Shown: positions 18,180-28,457, counted from the first letter of the stretch. The stretch is 64,000 bases of DNA from Candidatus Iainarchaeum sp. (GCA_043817715.1 JBDRGO010000007.1:15499-79498); one strand, 5' to 3'. A program made the numbers and translations. Notes: generated from the letters alone by a model not told the origin.

Positions 18180-21143
18180 TTAATTTAAATAAATATAGAA
18201 TGCTTCTGAATCCACTTTAAAGAATTCCCCTTGTGAATTGGTTGTTTCCTGAATGAATGAAGGGTGTGAACCTGTTTTTAATTGCTGATAACTTGTTCCT
18301 TGAGTATTAATTAATGCATCATATGCATAATAACTTAAGTTTGAATTAGTGAATGAACCAATTGGCTGACCGTCCTGAGTATCAATATAGTATTTGTTGT
18401 TTTCTTGAATGAAATGCGCTACAAGATAATGTGCAGGATCAGTAAATGAATTTGTAATATCAAAATCTGAATCCTTTGGAGTATAATAAAGCGCGTCAAT
18501 TACTCCGTCTTCAATTCCTGAAGCATTTGGCAGAGAAGTTCCTGAAAAATTAATTGAAGAATTTTTAATGCTTAATGACTGCACTGCAAGCATTAACCAT
18601 AGCCTGTTCAGCATTTTTGCAGGCTTCACTGCATAATATATTGGGTAATCATTTTGCCCCTGCAATCTCAAGCCATACAATGACGGGGTTGCATCAGAAA
18701 TCATGTCCTCTGAAAAAATCATTTTTCCATATGAATTATCAGATGAATCTCCTTTGGTGTTGTAACTCAGTGTTCCTGTTGAATTATTTTTTCTGAATTC
18801 AATTACTCCGTCAACTGAAACCTGCAGTGAATTGCCTGGCTGAATTGAATTCAAAATAAACGGCATTCCATCAGCCAGAAAAGTATTTCCAGCCAAAACT
18901 ATTTGTGTTCCGATTCCTTCAATATTAATTTCTGCTGAATTGAAATCAACTGAATTAATTGTCCATTTTCTTTCATTAATGTAATCCTGATTATTGACTG
19001 TTAAATTATAATCTCTCATGAATGAACTGCTTGAGCCATAATTCACTTTAAACCAGATTGTTTTTGAATCAAATTCAAATGTTGAGCCTTCTTCTGAATC
19101 ATCCAGTTCCAATGCAAAAGGAATTCTGTGAACAATATTCTGGCTGTCTTTGAATTCAATTCCTGAAGAAGTTGAATTGCTTGAATCATAATCTCCTAAT
19201 TTCATTGTAACAGGAATTACCTGAATTGAAACTGTTCCAGTGTTGCTTCCCTGCACGCCGTCCAATGAATGATAAGTGAATGAATCTGTTCCGGCAAATC
19301 CGGCGAAAGGAGTGTATGTTGCAGTGCATGCAGTTAAACCAACATTTCCATGTGCAGGAGGCGATAAAATCAGGCAATTTAAAGCAGTGCCGTCAGGGTC
19401 AAATGTATTCAGGTCAAAAACAAGGTAATTGTTTTCACTTACAGATAAATTCATGTCATATGCAATCGGCACTGCATTTGCCAGAACAGTTAAATCAACC
19501 CTTACTGAATCACTGATATATTGCCCGTCTGAAACTTTGTAAGTGAAATAATCTGTTCCTGAATAATTGTATACAGGATGATAATTTGCAGTGCAGTTAT
19601 TTATTGATAAAGTCCCATGCGAAACAGAAGAATTAACCGAACAGGTTAATGCATCCCCGTCAGCATCAAATACATTCAATGCAAAAGCAATCGGAGTGGC
19701 TTTATTCACTGTAACTGACTGAGGATAACCAACAGGGGAACTGCTGCCCTGACTAACAAGTATTGTTACCTGAACAGGCCCAACAGAATACTGATTGTCA
19801 GATACAGAATAAGTAAAATAATCTGTTCCTGAAAAATTTGCATCAGGAGAATAAGTTGCCCCGCATCCAGTGGCCCAAGTATATGAATCAATGATTAGTG
19901 TTCCATGCTGAGGAGAAGAATTTACTGAACAGTTAACCAAATCATTTTCTGAATCATGCACATCCAAATCAAAAACCAATGCCATGTTTTTGTTTGCCTG
20001 CTTTGATTGAACAGAAGCAGTCGGCGGATTGTTTGCATTCAAAGTAGTGACAGTAATTGTTATTTCTGCTGTATCGCTGTCTGCTTTTCCGTCGCTTGCA
20101 TAATATTCGATTAAATCAGTTCCTGAAAAATTTGCATCAGGAACATAAGTTAAAACACAATTCTGAATTGCTGATGTTCCATGCAATGAATTTCTTTTAA
20201 TAAAACAAGTTAATGCATCATTGTCCGAATCAGATGCATTAAGCGTTAAAGTTCTTGAATTATTAATTGCTGTCGATAAATTCATTGAATTAGCAATTGG
20301 CTTATGGTTCGGAGAAACAACAGCAATTGTTATTGTAGCTAATCCGCTGTTGTTTTTTCCGTCAAATGCATAATAGTTAACGAAGTCAGCCCCAAGATAA
20401 CTTATATTCGGAGTGTAGAAAATTACGCAATTCTGAATTACTGCGGTTCCATGCTCAGGCCCTGAATCAATAAAGCAGTTTAAATCATTGTTTTCAGGAT
20501 CTGAAACAATTAAAGCAATTGTTCTAGTTTGAGCTTTATAAGTAACTGGATCGAAACCTGCGCCATAAATTATTCTGCTGTTTTCAGCAGTAATTGCCTG
20601 ATTTTGGGCTTCAGGCGGGAAATTTATTTCTTCCTGCACTGGCGAAACCAAATTGTTTCCTATTGCATCTGTTCCAAGCAGTCCTGAAAAATTTGTTTTA
20701 ATGAAATCAGTTACTGCAAAATTGTTTCCCATAGGGTTGGAAAGAATAAAGTAAAGCGAAGCCGAGCCAAGAATAAACATAAATCCTAAAAGCAATACTG
20801 AAGCAGATAAAATCAATACAACCTGAATCGGGATTTTCTGGGTGTTTAAAAGCTTTTTTCCTTTTTCAGTCAATTCATAGTATTTCCATTTTCTTCCTTC
20901 ATCAATCTGATGGATTAACTGGCTTTCCTCCAAAAGCTCTAAATGCCTTTTCATGCTTGCAAGAGAAATATTCCTTTTGGCAGCAAGTTCAGTCAAAGTA
21001 TGCCTTCGTTCATATAATGACTTAAGTATTTCAGTTCTTGCCTCTGAAGAAAGCGCCTTGAATTCATCTGAAGAAATAGTTAATTGCTCTTGTTCCATCA
21101 AATCAAATACCCAGTTAGTAATAAATATAAGCATTCCCTTCAA
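18180..21143 (-). CDS. Membrane-anchored winged-helix (ArsR-like) protein with large extracellular Ig-like/cadherin-like repeat domain
   Basis: The N-terminal 100 aa carry a wHTH (RTEILKSLYERRHTLTELAAKRNISLASMKRHLELLEESQLIHQ). A single TM helix follows (VVLILSASVLLLGFMFILGSASL). Downstream, ~95-aa modules recur, each with a conserved DxDxD...C...HGT...YTP...FxGTDxFTY signature typical of Ig-like adhesin repeats. Confidence 0.6.
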   Translation of the reverse strand: MKGMLIFITNWVFDLMEQEQLTISSDEFKALSSEARTEILKSLYERRHTLTELAAKRNISLASMKRHLELLEESQLIHQIDEGRKWKYYELTEKGKKLLNTQKIPIQVVLILSASVLLLGFMFILGSASLYFILSNPMGNNFAVTDFIKTNFSGLLGTDAIGNNLVSPVQEEINFPPEAQNQAITAENSRIIYGAGFDPVTYKAQTRTIALIVSDPENNDLNCFIDSGPEHGTAVIQNCVIFYTPNISYLGADFVNYYAFDGKNNSGLATITIAVVSPNHKPIANSMNLSTAINNSRTLTLNASDSDNDALTCFIKRNSLHGTSAIQNCVLTYVPDANFSGTDLIEYYASDGKADSDTAEITITVTTLNANNPPTASVQSKQANKNMALVFDLDVHDSENDLVNCSVNSSPQHGTLIIDSYTWATGCGATYSPDANFSGTDYFTYSVSDNQYSVGPVQVTILVSQGSSSPVGYPQSVTVNKATPIAFALNVFDADGDALTCSVNSSVSHGTLSINNCTANYHPVYNYSGTDYFTYKVSDGQYISDSVRVDLTVLANAVPIAYDMNLSVSENNYLVFDLNTFDPDGTALNCLILSPPAHGNVGLTACTATYTPFAGFAGTDSFTYHSLDGVQGSNTGTVSIQVIPVTMKLGDYDSSNSTSSGIEFKDSQNIVHRIPFALELDDSEEGSTFEFDSKTIWFKVNYGSSSSFMRDYNLTVNNQDYINERKWTINSVDFNSAEINIEGIGTQIVLAGNTFLADGMPFILNSIQPGNSLQVSVDGVIEFRKNNSTGTLSYNTKGDSSDNSYGKMIFSEDMISDATPSLYGLRLQGQNDYPIYYAVKPAKMLNRLWLMLAVQSLSIKNSSINFSGTSLPNASGIEDGVIDALYYTPKDSDFDITNSFTDPAHYLVAHFIQENNKYYIDTQDGQPIGSFTNSNLSYYAYDALINTQGTSYQQLKTGSHPSFIQETTNSQGEFFKVDSEAFYIYLN

Positions 21144-21152
21144 TTAAAAAAG

Positions 21153-21440
21153 ATTTTTTTAACAAAAACCAGGCTAACAAAAAACAAAGGTTTAAAAAGG
21201 AAGAGAAAAAACAGGGTTTTTTAAGAAATTTAAGTAAAAAAATAATAATTATAAATGCATTTAATTGAAAGGGCAAGAAATATAAACAGTTTCCTGTAAA
21301 ATAATCATTCAACAGTAGTAAAAAATACTTGCTAAGGGGGAAAATTTATGAAAAGTAAATTAATGTATGCATCTTTTTTAATTATTTTAATGGTATTGCT
21401 TGTTTCGGTTTTTGCAGTAAAGGAAATCACTGCAAAGGAA
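21153..21440 (+). repeat. Duplicated 5' region (copy A): upstream sequence plus signal-peptide coding region
   Basis: Near-identical to 22829-23096 (AGATTTTTTTAACAAAAACCAGGCTAACAAAAAACAAAGGTTTAAAAA plus identical signal peptide codons). Confidence 0.8.
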
Positions 21441-22643
21441 GCAATCAGTCCAAAATCAATTGTGGTTTGTGGAGACACAATAACAGAGGACACGAATTTA
21501 ACAAACGACTTAATTGATTGTGGTGGAAGAGGATTAATTATTGAAGGAAATAATATTACTTTGGATTGCCAGGACCATTTAATTGATGGAACTGAAATCA
21601 GCAACTCAAAAGGAATTTATTTGAACACCGTAACAGGAACCACTGTTGAAAATTGTAGAATAAGTGAATTCGATTTTGGAATTTATTTAGAGAATTCAAA
21701 TTATAATACAATAATTAATAACAATTCATATAACAACGGATATTTTGGAATTTTTTTATGGCAATCACACGGCAACGCTTTAATAGACAATAATACATCC
21801 AATAACGACTCGGACGGAATTTATTTTGATTCATCAAACAGTAACTTAATAGCAAACCATAATACAAACAACAACGAAAATTGCGGAATATATTTAGGAA
21901 ATTCAAGAAACAACTCAGTGACAAACTCTGTTGCTAATGAAAACGATTGGGCTGGGATTCTTTTAAATTATACCTCAAACAACAACGAGATAACAAACAA
22001 TGTGTTTCAGAATAACAACGAAGGAGTTCGCACAATGAATTCCATGCAAAACATTTTTTATGAAAACATCTTTTCAAACAATACAGAATATAATGCTTAT
22101 GAATCAATGGGCACAAATGACTGGAACAACACAACAACCGGAAATTATTGGGGTGATTTTAATTCAAACCCAGGATATCCAACACACTACGAAATTCCAG
22201 GAAACGGAAACGGAGTTGATTACTTTCCTGACTGGGAATTTGGCCGCAAGGCTGATTTAAATATAACTTTTTTAAAGGCTTCAGTCAGTTCAGTACCATC
22301 AACCCAACAAATAAAAGTGACTTATTTCTTTACAATAAAAAACATTGGAATTATTGATTCAGGAGATTTTTATACAGGAATATTAATTGAAGAAGAAAAT
22401 CTTTCTCCAAGCCATATTTCAAACACTACACCAAAAGAAGCTTATGCTCCAAATAATTCAAATCATGTAGCAAAAGAAGCTTATACTTCAAATCTTGCAC
22501 CGACAGAATCAATAACCATTATGCGGGAAGCAATTCTTGACAACGGAAGTTATACAATAACTGCAACCGCTGACAACAGAATGCAGGTTGATGAATTAAA
22601 TGAATCAAATAACACTGCAACAATCCATATAGAAGAAAATTAA
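21348..22643 (+). CDS. Secreted parallel beta-helix (NosD-like) protein with C-terminal CARDB-like domain
   Basis: Signal peptide MKSKLMYASFLIILMVLLVSVFA; CGDTITEDTNL...GLIIEGNNITLDCQ cap followed by repeated N-rich PbH1-type coils; GNYWGDFNSNPGYPTHYEIPGNGNGVDYFP block; C-terminal ELNESNNTATI CARDB-like signature. Confidence 0.7.
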   Translation: MKSKLMYASFLIILMVLLVSVFAVKEITAKEAISPKSIVVCGDTITEDTNLTNDLIDCGGRGLIIEGNNITLDCQDHLIDGTEISNSKGIYLNTVTGTTVENCRISEFDFGIYLENSNYNTIINNNSYNNGYFGIFLWQSHGNALIDNNTSNNDSDGIYFDSSNSNLIANHNTNNNENCGIYLGNSRNNSVTNSVANENDWAGILLNYTSNNNEITNNVFQNNNEGVRTMNSMQNIFYENIFSNNTEYNAYESMGTNDWNNTTTGNYWGDFNSNPGYPTHYEIPGNGNGVDYFPDWEFGRKADLNITFLKASVSSVPSTQQIKVTYFFTIKNIGIIDSGDFYTGILIEEENLSPSHISNTTPKEAYAPNNSNHVAKEAYTSNLAPTESITIMREAILDNGSYTITATADNRMQVDELNESNNTATIHIEEN

Positions 22644-22659
22644 TTGATTGTAAAAAAAG

Positions 22660-22740
22660 AGGATTGAAAGCAGGCTTGCCAAAAAATATGTTTGGAGCCA
22701 TGCTTTCAATTCATTTATTCTTCGTTTTTTATTTTTTGTA
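22660..22740 (+). terminator. Putative terminator hairpin plus T-tract downstream of the beta-helix gene
   Basis: Inverted repeat TTGAAAGCA...TGCTTTCAA followed by TTATTCTTCGTTTTTTATTTTTT. Confidence 0.35.
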
Positions 22741-22828
22741 TGCAACATAAATGTCTTGTTCAATCATTTTATTGTTTTTGTGAAAAATAAATATATTTAA
22801 TTTGATAGTGAAAATTAGTTGCTTAAAA

Positions 22829-23096
22829 AAGATTTTTTTAACAAAAACCAGGCTAACAAAAAACAAAGGTTTAAAAATAAGGAAAAAAAGCCAGATTTTT
22901 TAAGAAATTTAATTGAAAAGATACTACTTATAAATTGTTTTACGGAAAATAATCCTTTAACAGTAGTAAAAAAATCACTTATTAATTGGGGGAAGGGACT
23001 TTTATGAAAAATAAATTAATGTATGCATCTTTTTTAATTATTTTAATGGTATTGCTTGTTTCGGTTTTTGCAGTAAAAGGAATGGAATCAATTCCT
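22829..23096 (+). repeat. Duplicated 5' region (copy B)
   Basis: See copy A at 21153-21440. Confidence 0.8.
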
Positions 23097-26000
23097 AAAA
23101 TGAAAACTGAAAGCAGGGAGTCATTTGAACAAAGCACTGTAAAAGAATCAAGTGAAAGTAGTGCTTCAACAAAATCAGGAACTTCAAATATTTCTTCTTC
23201 TACCAGTACTAAAACTGAAAAACCTTTAACCCCAAAAAAACCAATTAAAGAACCTGAAGTTAAACCAAAAAATATTACTGAATATCCTTTTGTTTCAAAT
23301 GTAAATATTGAACCTTATTATGCTAACTCCGGACCAACACTTAATGCTACTTGTACTGATTATGATGGAACAATTGCAAATGCTGAATTTAACTTAAATA
23401 ATTTATCATTTAATTATTCAATGAATGCAGTTGATGGTTTATTTGATGAATCAATTGAAGAAGTAATTGCTTCAGTTCCTACTTTTAATGTAAGCCAAGG
23501 AATAAATGATGGAAATGTTTTTTGCATTGACAATGAAGGAAATGAATCACTTCCTAATACAAACTCTGTTTTTGAATTCTTTTATGATACATTTATACCA
23601 TCCAGCATGAGACAATCAATGCCTCCAAATGGATTGAATGAATGGTTTATTTCTGAAGTTGATGTCGAATTGTTATTTGTAGATGTGGCTCCAAGTTCAG
23701 GACGTAAAGGACTTTATTACTGTCTGGACCAAACAAATTCCTGTTCTCCAAATATTGATGAAAACGGAATGGTTTCAATCACTGATGAAGGAATAAATTA
23801 TTTAAGAGTTTATTCTGAAGACAATGCAGGAAACCAATCCAATACTTATCCTGCCATATATAAAATTGATTTAACTAATCCTTATGGACAAGAAATTTAT
23901 TTTACTAGTGCAAACAATTACGGAGATGTAACTGTTTCATTAAATCCAGGAACAGATGATGTTTCTGATGTGAATTACTGTCAATTAAGATGGGAAGAAG
24001 AAATTCCTTGGTTACCTGTTGGATTAGAAACCAGTGCTTCATATAATTATTCTCCTGGAACACATACAGCTTTTTATAAATGCTTTGATGAAGCAGGAAG
24101 AGAAAGCGAAACAGTTTCAGATACAATAATTATTACTGATAATAATCAATTTGATTTATTCATTGATAATGGTTACATTCCTAATCCTCCTCTTTTTGAT
24201 GATGAAAATGTTTTCATTGTAGTCACTCTCCATAATACAGGGGACATAGCTAGATTAGTGCCTAGTGAAACATATCTTGATAATGAACTTCAAGGCACAC
24301 CACATTATCAATGGTATTTTCCATCAGGAACATCAGATCTTTGGATTGGATTTGAACCCCTAGAAGCCGGAGACCATAATTTAACAATAATTACAGACAG
24401 CACTAATGATTATAATGAATCAAATGAAGAAAACAATGTATTCGAATTTATTTTCAATGTAATGGCTCACACACAACCAGAAATTCAATGCGGAGACACA
24501 ATAACAGAAGACACGAATTTGAATAATGATTTATTGAATTGTAATGAACATGGATTAATTATTGGAGCGAATAATATTACTTTAGACTGCCGGGGGCATG
24601 TAATTGACGGAAACAACAGATATATTCAGCATGGAATTTACTTAAACTACAAGAACGGAAACACTGTCAAAAACTGCAATATACAACAATTTAGCTCCGG
24701 AATTTCATTAATCCGAAGTTCAAATAATACTCTTACAAATAACAACCTAAACAATAACGAGTATGGAATCCAAATTCAGAACGCGAGCAATAATACATTA
24801 ACGAATAACAATGCAAACAATAATTATTCTGGAATTCAATTAAGTGACTCAAACAGAAATACATTAACAGACAATAATGCAAACAACAATTATTCCGGAA
24901 TCAGGCTTCAATTTACAAGCAATAACACATTAACGAATAATACCGCAAATGATAATAACAGCATTGGAATTTATTTAAGCTTTTCAGGCAATAATACTTT
25001 AACAAACAATAATGCAAACAACAATTATTCCGGAATTCAACTAAGTGACTCTAACTATAATACCTTCACAAGCAATATTATAAAAAATAACTCTAATTAC
25101 GGAGTGGAATTTTTTGAGTATTATTTCTCCATTTTACCACACAACATTTTTTCAGGCAATTTTTTCATAGACAATTATATTAATGCCCGTGAAGACGTAA
25201 ATCACCTCTTCAACGACTGGAATTCCGGTTTAACCGGAAACTACTGGAGCGACTTCAATAACGATAACCCAGGATATCCAAATTACTATGAAATCCCTGG
25301 ACCAGGAAACGGAATTGATTATCATCCAACAGGACCAACACAAGAAATCCAATGCGGAGATACAATAACAGAAGACACGAATTTGAATAATGAGTTACTG
25401 AATTGTACTGGAAATGGATTAATTATTGATGCAAATAATATTACATTGGATTGTCAAGGACATTTAATTGATGGAGAAGGAAGCAATTACGGAATCACTA
25501 TTAGTAACAAACATGGAATTACCATTCAAAACTGTAACATAAGGGCATTTGATGACGGAATAAGATTATATTCCAGCAACAACAATTTCATTCATAATAA
25601 CAATATTATAAACACAAACATAGCAATAGATGTTTACTCATCCAGTACAAACACAATTTCCAACAATACCATTCCAAACAACCTTGACGGAATATACCTT
25701 CGCTACTCCAGCAACAACAATCTTGTATCAAACAATACAATTGTAAACAACCAGCAAGGATTATATTTGCTTGAAAACTCAAAATATAATACTTTTTGGA
25801 ATAACACATTGCTTAACAATATTATAAATGCATCTGAAGCCCATAGTTCAGCAAGCCCTAACGACTGGAATTCAGGAACTGTTGGAAACTACTGGAGTGA
25901 TTTTAACACAAACCCAGGATATCCTAATTACTATGAAATCACTGGACCAGGACAAGGAATTGATTGGCATCCAACAGGACCAACACAAGAAATCCAATGC

Positions 26001-28295
26001 GGAACAACAATAATGCAGGACACAAATTTAACAAACGATTTACTGGATTGCAATGGAAACGGATTAATTATTGGCGCAAATAATATTACGCTGGATTGCC
26101 AAGGGCATTTAATCGATGGAAATTGGAATGATTATGGAAAGTTCGGAATTTATCTTGAAGGAAAGCAAAATATTAATATAAAGAACTGCAATATACAAAA
26201 ATTTTATCGTGGAATTTATTTATTCCTATCCAACAATAATGTTTTGAATGGCAATAATATCAGTAACACCACTGAGGGAATTAAACTATTTTCAAGCTTT
26301 TACAATATTATAACCAAAAATGTTATAAGCAATAATAATTCTGACGGCGTTAGCTTAGATTATAGCTCAGATAATGAGATAATTAGCAATACCATCAGTA
26401 ACAACGATAATGAAGGCATTAGATTATTTTCCAGTTCCGGAACGGAAATTGTTAGCAACAACATAAATTATAATGACAACGGAATCGGGTTATATCACGG
26501 GTCAACTAATAGATTAATAGACAATAGTATAAGCAATAATAACAATGATGGACTTGGGTTGCATTTTGATTCTATTCATAATAATCTAAGTGGCAATGTA
26601 ATAAACGGTAATGGATATGGCGCGTCCTTAACTTTTGATTCTCGATACAACACTTTCTGGGACAACAACTTCTTGAATAACGGAACCAATGCCTATGAAG
26701 ATTCAAATTCCAATTTCAACGACTGGAATTTAGGAACAACCGGAAATTACTGGAGTGATTTCAACTCAAATCCAGGATATCCAAATTATTACGAAATTTC
26801 CGGACCAGGAAACGGAATAGACTGGCATCCGTTAAATGAAATACCTCCTGAATGCGTTGCTCCAACAGACGGAATGAGCATAACTGAAGACACTGTTTTT
26901 TGTTCGGGAACATATGTTTTGCCTAACGGGATTTCAATTGATGCGGACAATGTTACTTTGGATTGCGACGGGGCGGAATTGGATGGAAACACACTAGTGC
27001 CTCCTCCTAACGAACCTGGATTTGGGATAGAAATACGCGATAAAAGCAATATTGTTATAAATAATTGTAAAATTAAACACTATCCTATTGGACTATTTGC
27101 AAAATTTTCGCAGTCTATACTAAAGAATAGCGAGATAGAAAACAATTCAACAGGGGCATTACTCGGAGGTAACGAAAACGAAGTAATATCCAACTATTTT
27201 AATGAGAATAAAAAAAGTATAGTCATCAAGGACTCTCTAAGAACTAGATTGCAATACAATGAGATAATACCAACTAATTCAAATTATCTTCCTGAAGCAT
27301 TAGAAGTGTGGGGAAGCAATAAGGAAGAATACCAACAAGTTATAGATGAAACAAATTTTATTAATGGAAAACCAATTTTATATTATGATGATATAAACAA
27401 ATTGTGTCCAAATAATCAAACGTTTTCAGATTTAAATAATTATAGCCATATCTCCTTTGTGGGGTGTAATAATATCACAATTGAAGACAACAATTTATAT
27501 GAAAATGATGGAATTTTCCTTTATTACTCAGACGATTTCAATATCTTAAATAATTCAATGGACAAAATACAAATTCTAGTTGAGAAATCAAATAATATTA
27601 ATATATCCAATAATGAAGGGAATAAAACAATCATTGAATTTTTTAAATCAAATAACAACAACATTACCCAAAATTATTTAAATGAAGGGCGTCTCGAGTT
27701 AATGGAGTCTAATAGTAATTACATTTACCTAAACAGCCTAAATGGTGCTAATCAAATAGTGCCAGAAATAGGGTTTTTCATCAATGATTCGAATGACAAC
27801 CAGATCGAAGAAAATAATATTTTCAATTACTACAGAGGAATGTATATTGGCGCTCCTGGAAATAATAACTTTCTTCAGCACAACAATTTTTTCAACAACA
27901 GTTTGTTCAATATCTATTATCAGGGGGAATTTGAAGACATCAACACAGCAAACAACTACTGGGGCACCACCAGCATGCTGGGAATTGCCCAGAAAATTTA
28001 TGATTACTGGGATGATCCATTCAGTGGAATAGGTGAAGTGAATTACTGTCCTTATTTGAATGCACCTGACGGCACTCCAATTGAATGCATTCCATGTGAA
28101 AATGCAGATATTGATGAATCAAATTATGTTAATTCAATGGATTTCGCTTTATGGAGAATTAATAACGGAAGCAGTGACTGTAATGCATCAAATAATTACT
28201 GCAACAGGGCAGACATTGACAGGGACTCTTATGTGAATACAACTGATTTCACTTATTGGAGATTTTATAATGGAAGAACCTGTACAGATGAATAA
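23004..28295 (+). CDS. Giant secreted multi-module beta-helix protein with C-terminal dockerin-like domain
   Basis: Start placed at MKNKLMYASFLIILMVLLVSVFA (paralogous signal peptide, RBS GGGGGAAGGG). At least three NosD-like beta-helix modules follow. Each opens with EIQCGDTITEDTNLNNDLLNC...NITLDCQGH.IDG and ends with NDWNSGTxGNYWSDFNxNPGYPNYYEIxGPGxGIDWHP. The C-terminus carries two ADIDxxxYVNxxDFxxWR repeats. Confidence 0.7.
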   Translation: MKNKLMYASFLIILMVLLVSVFAVKGMESIPKMKTESRESFEQSTVKESSESSASTKSGTSNISSSTSTKTEKPLTPKKPIKEPEVKPKNITEYPFVSNVNIEPYYANSGPTLNATCTDYDGTIANAEFNLNNLSFNYSMNAVDGLFDESIEEVIASVPTFNVSQGINDGNVFCIDNEGNESLPNTNSVFEFFYDTFIPSSMRQSMPPNGLNEWFISEVDVELLFVDVAPSSGRKGLYYCLDQTNSCSPNIDENGMVSITDEGINYLRVYSEDNAGNQSNTYPAIYKIDLTNPYGQEIYFTSANNYGDVTVSLNPGTDDVSDVNYCQLRWEEEIPWLPVGLETSASYNYSPGTHTAFYKCFDEAGRESETVSDTIIITDNNQFDLFIDNGYIPNPPLFDDENVFIVVTLHNTGDIARLVPSETYLDNELQGTPHYQWYFPSGTSDLWIGFEPLEAGDHNLTIITDSTNDYNESNEENNVFEFIFNVMAHTQPEIQCGDTITEDTNLNNDLLNCNEHGLIIGANNITLDCRGHVIDGNNRYIQHGIYLNYKNGNTVKNCNIQQFSSGISLIRSSNNTLTNNNLNNNEYGIQIQNASNNTLTNNNANNNYSGIQLSDSNRNTLTDNNANNNYSGIRLQFTSNNTLTNNTANDNNSIGIYLSFSGNNTLTNNNANNNYSGIQLSDSNYNTFTSNIIKNNSNYGVEFFEYYFSILPHNIFSGNFFIDNYINAREDVNHLFNDWNSGLTGNYWSDFNNDNPGYPNYYEIPGPGNGIDYHPTGPTQEIQCGDTITEDTNLNNELLNCTGNGLIIDANNITLDCQGHLIDGEGSNYGITISNKHGITIQNCNIRAFDDGIRLYSSNNNFIHNNNIINTNIAIDVYSSSTNTISNNTIPNNLDGIYLRYSSNNNLVSNNTIVNNQQGLYLLENSKYNTFWNNTLLNNIINASEAHSSASPNDWNSGTVGNYWSDFNTNPGYPNYYEITGPGQGIDWHPTGPTQEIQCGTTIMQDTNLTNDLLDCNGNGLIIGANNITLDCQGHLIDGNWNDYGKFGIYLEGKQNINIKNCNIQKFYRGIYLFLSNNNVLNGNNISNTTEGIKLFSSFYNIITKNVISNNNSDGVSLDYSSDNEIISNTISNNDNEGIRLFSSSGTEIVSNNINYNDNGIGLYHGSTNRLIDNSISNNNNDGLGLHFDSIHNNLSGNVINGNGYGASLTFDSRYNTFWDNNFLNNGTNAYEDSNSNFNDWNLGTTGNYWSDFNSNPGYPNYYEISGPGNGIDWHPLNEIPPECVAPTDGMSITEDTVFCSGTYVLPNGISIDADNVTLDCDGAELDGNTLVPPPNEPGFGIEIRDKSNIVINNCKIKHYPIGLFAKFSQSILKNSEIENNSTGALLGGNENEVISNYFNENKKSIVIKDSLRTRLQYNEIIPTNSNYLPEALEVWGSNKEEYQQVIDETNFINGKPILYYDDINKLCPNNQTFSDLNNYSHISFVGCNNITIEDNNLYENDGIFLYYSDDFNILNNSMDKIQILVEKSNNINISNNEGNKTIIEFFKSNNNNITQNYLNEGRLELMESNSNYIYLNSLNGANQIVPEIGFFINDSNDNQIEENNIFNYYRGMYIGAPGNNNFLQHNNFFNNSLFNIYYQGEFEDINTANNYWGTTSMLGIAQKIYDYWDDPFSGIGEVNYCPYLNAPDGTPIECIPCENADIDESNYVNSMDFALWRINNGSSDCNASNNYCNRADIDRDSYVNTTDFTYWRFYNGRTCTDE
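24475..26110 (+). repeat. Intragenic tandem module repeats (three copies, periods about 870 and 640 bp)
   Basis: Module starts at about 24475, 25348 and 25988 share a 130-bp stretch at more than 80% identity (CAATGCGGAGACACAATAACAGAAGACACGAATTTGAATAATGA...). A fourth copy in the paralog at about 21470. Confidence 0.6.
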
Positions 28296-28457
28296 AGCAC
28301 AAAAGAACAGGCAGTAAAACACAACAAAAGGAACATGCAGTTAAAACACAACAAAAGAGAATGCAATTAATTGCAGTCCTTTGCTTTTGAATTAACTAAA
28401 AGCAATTCCTTTTTATTTTTCTTGTTTATATTCTTTTTAATTAACTAAAGTGGTTTT

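Noticed and set aside
22986-23003. ORF-track start MGEGTFM for the giant beta-helix gene
   Set aside because: The paralogous gene and the duplicated upstream cassette show the conserved start is the ATG at 23004 (MKNKLMYAS...), which has a G-rich RBS immediately upstream.
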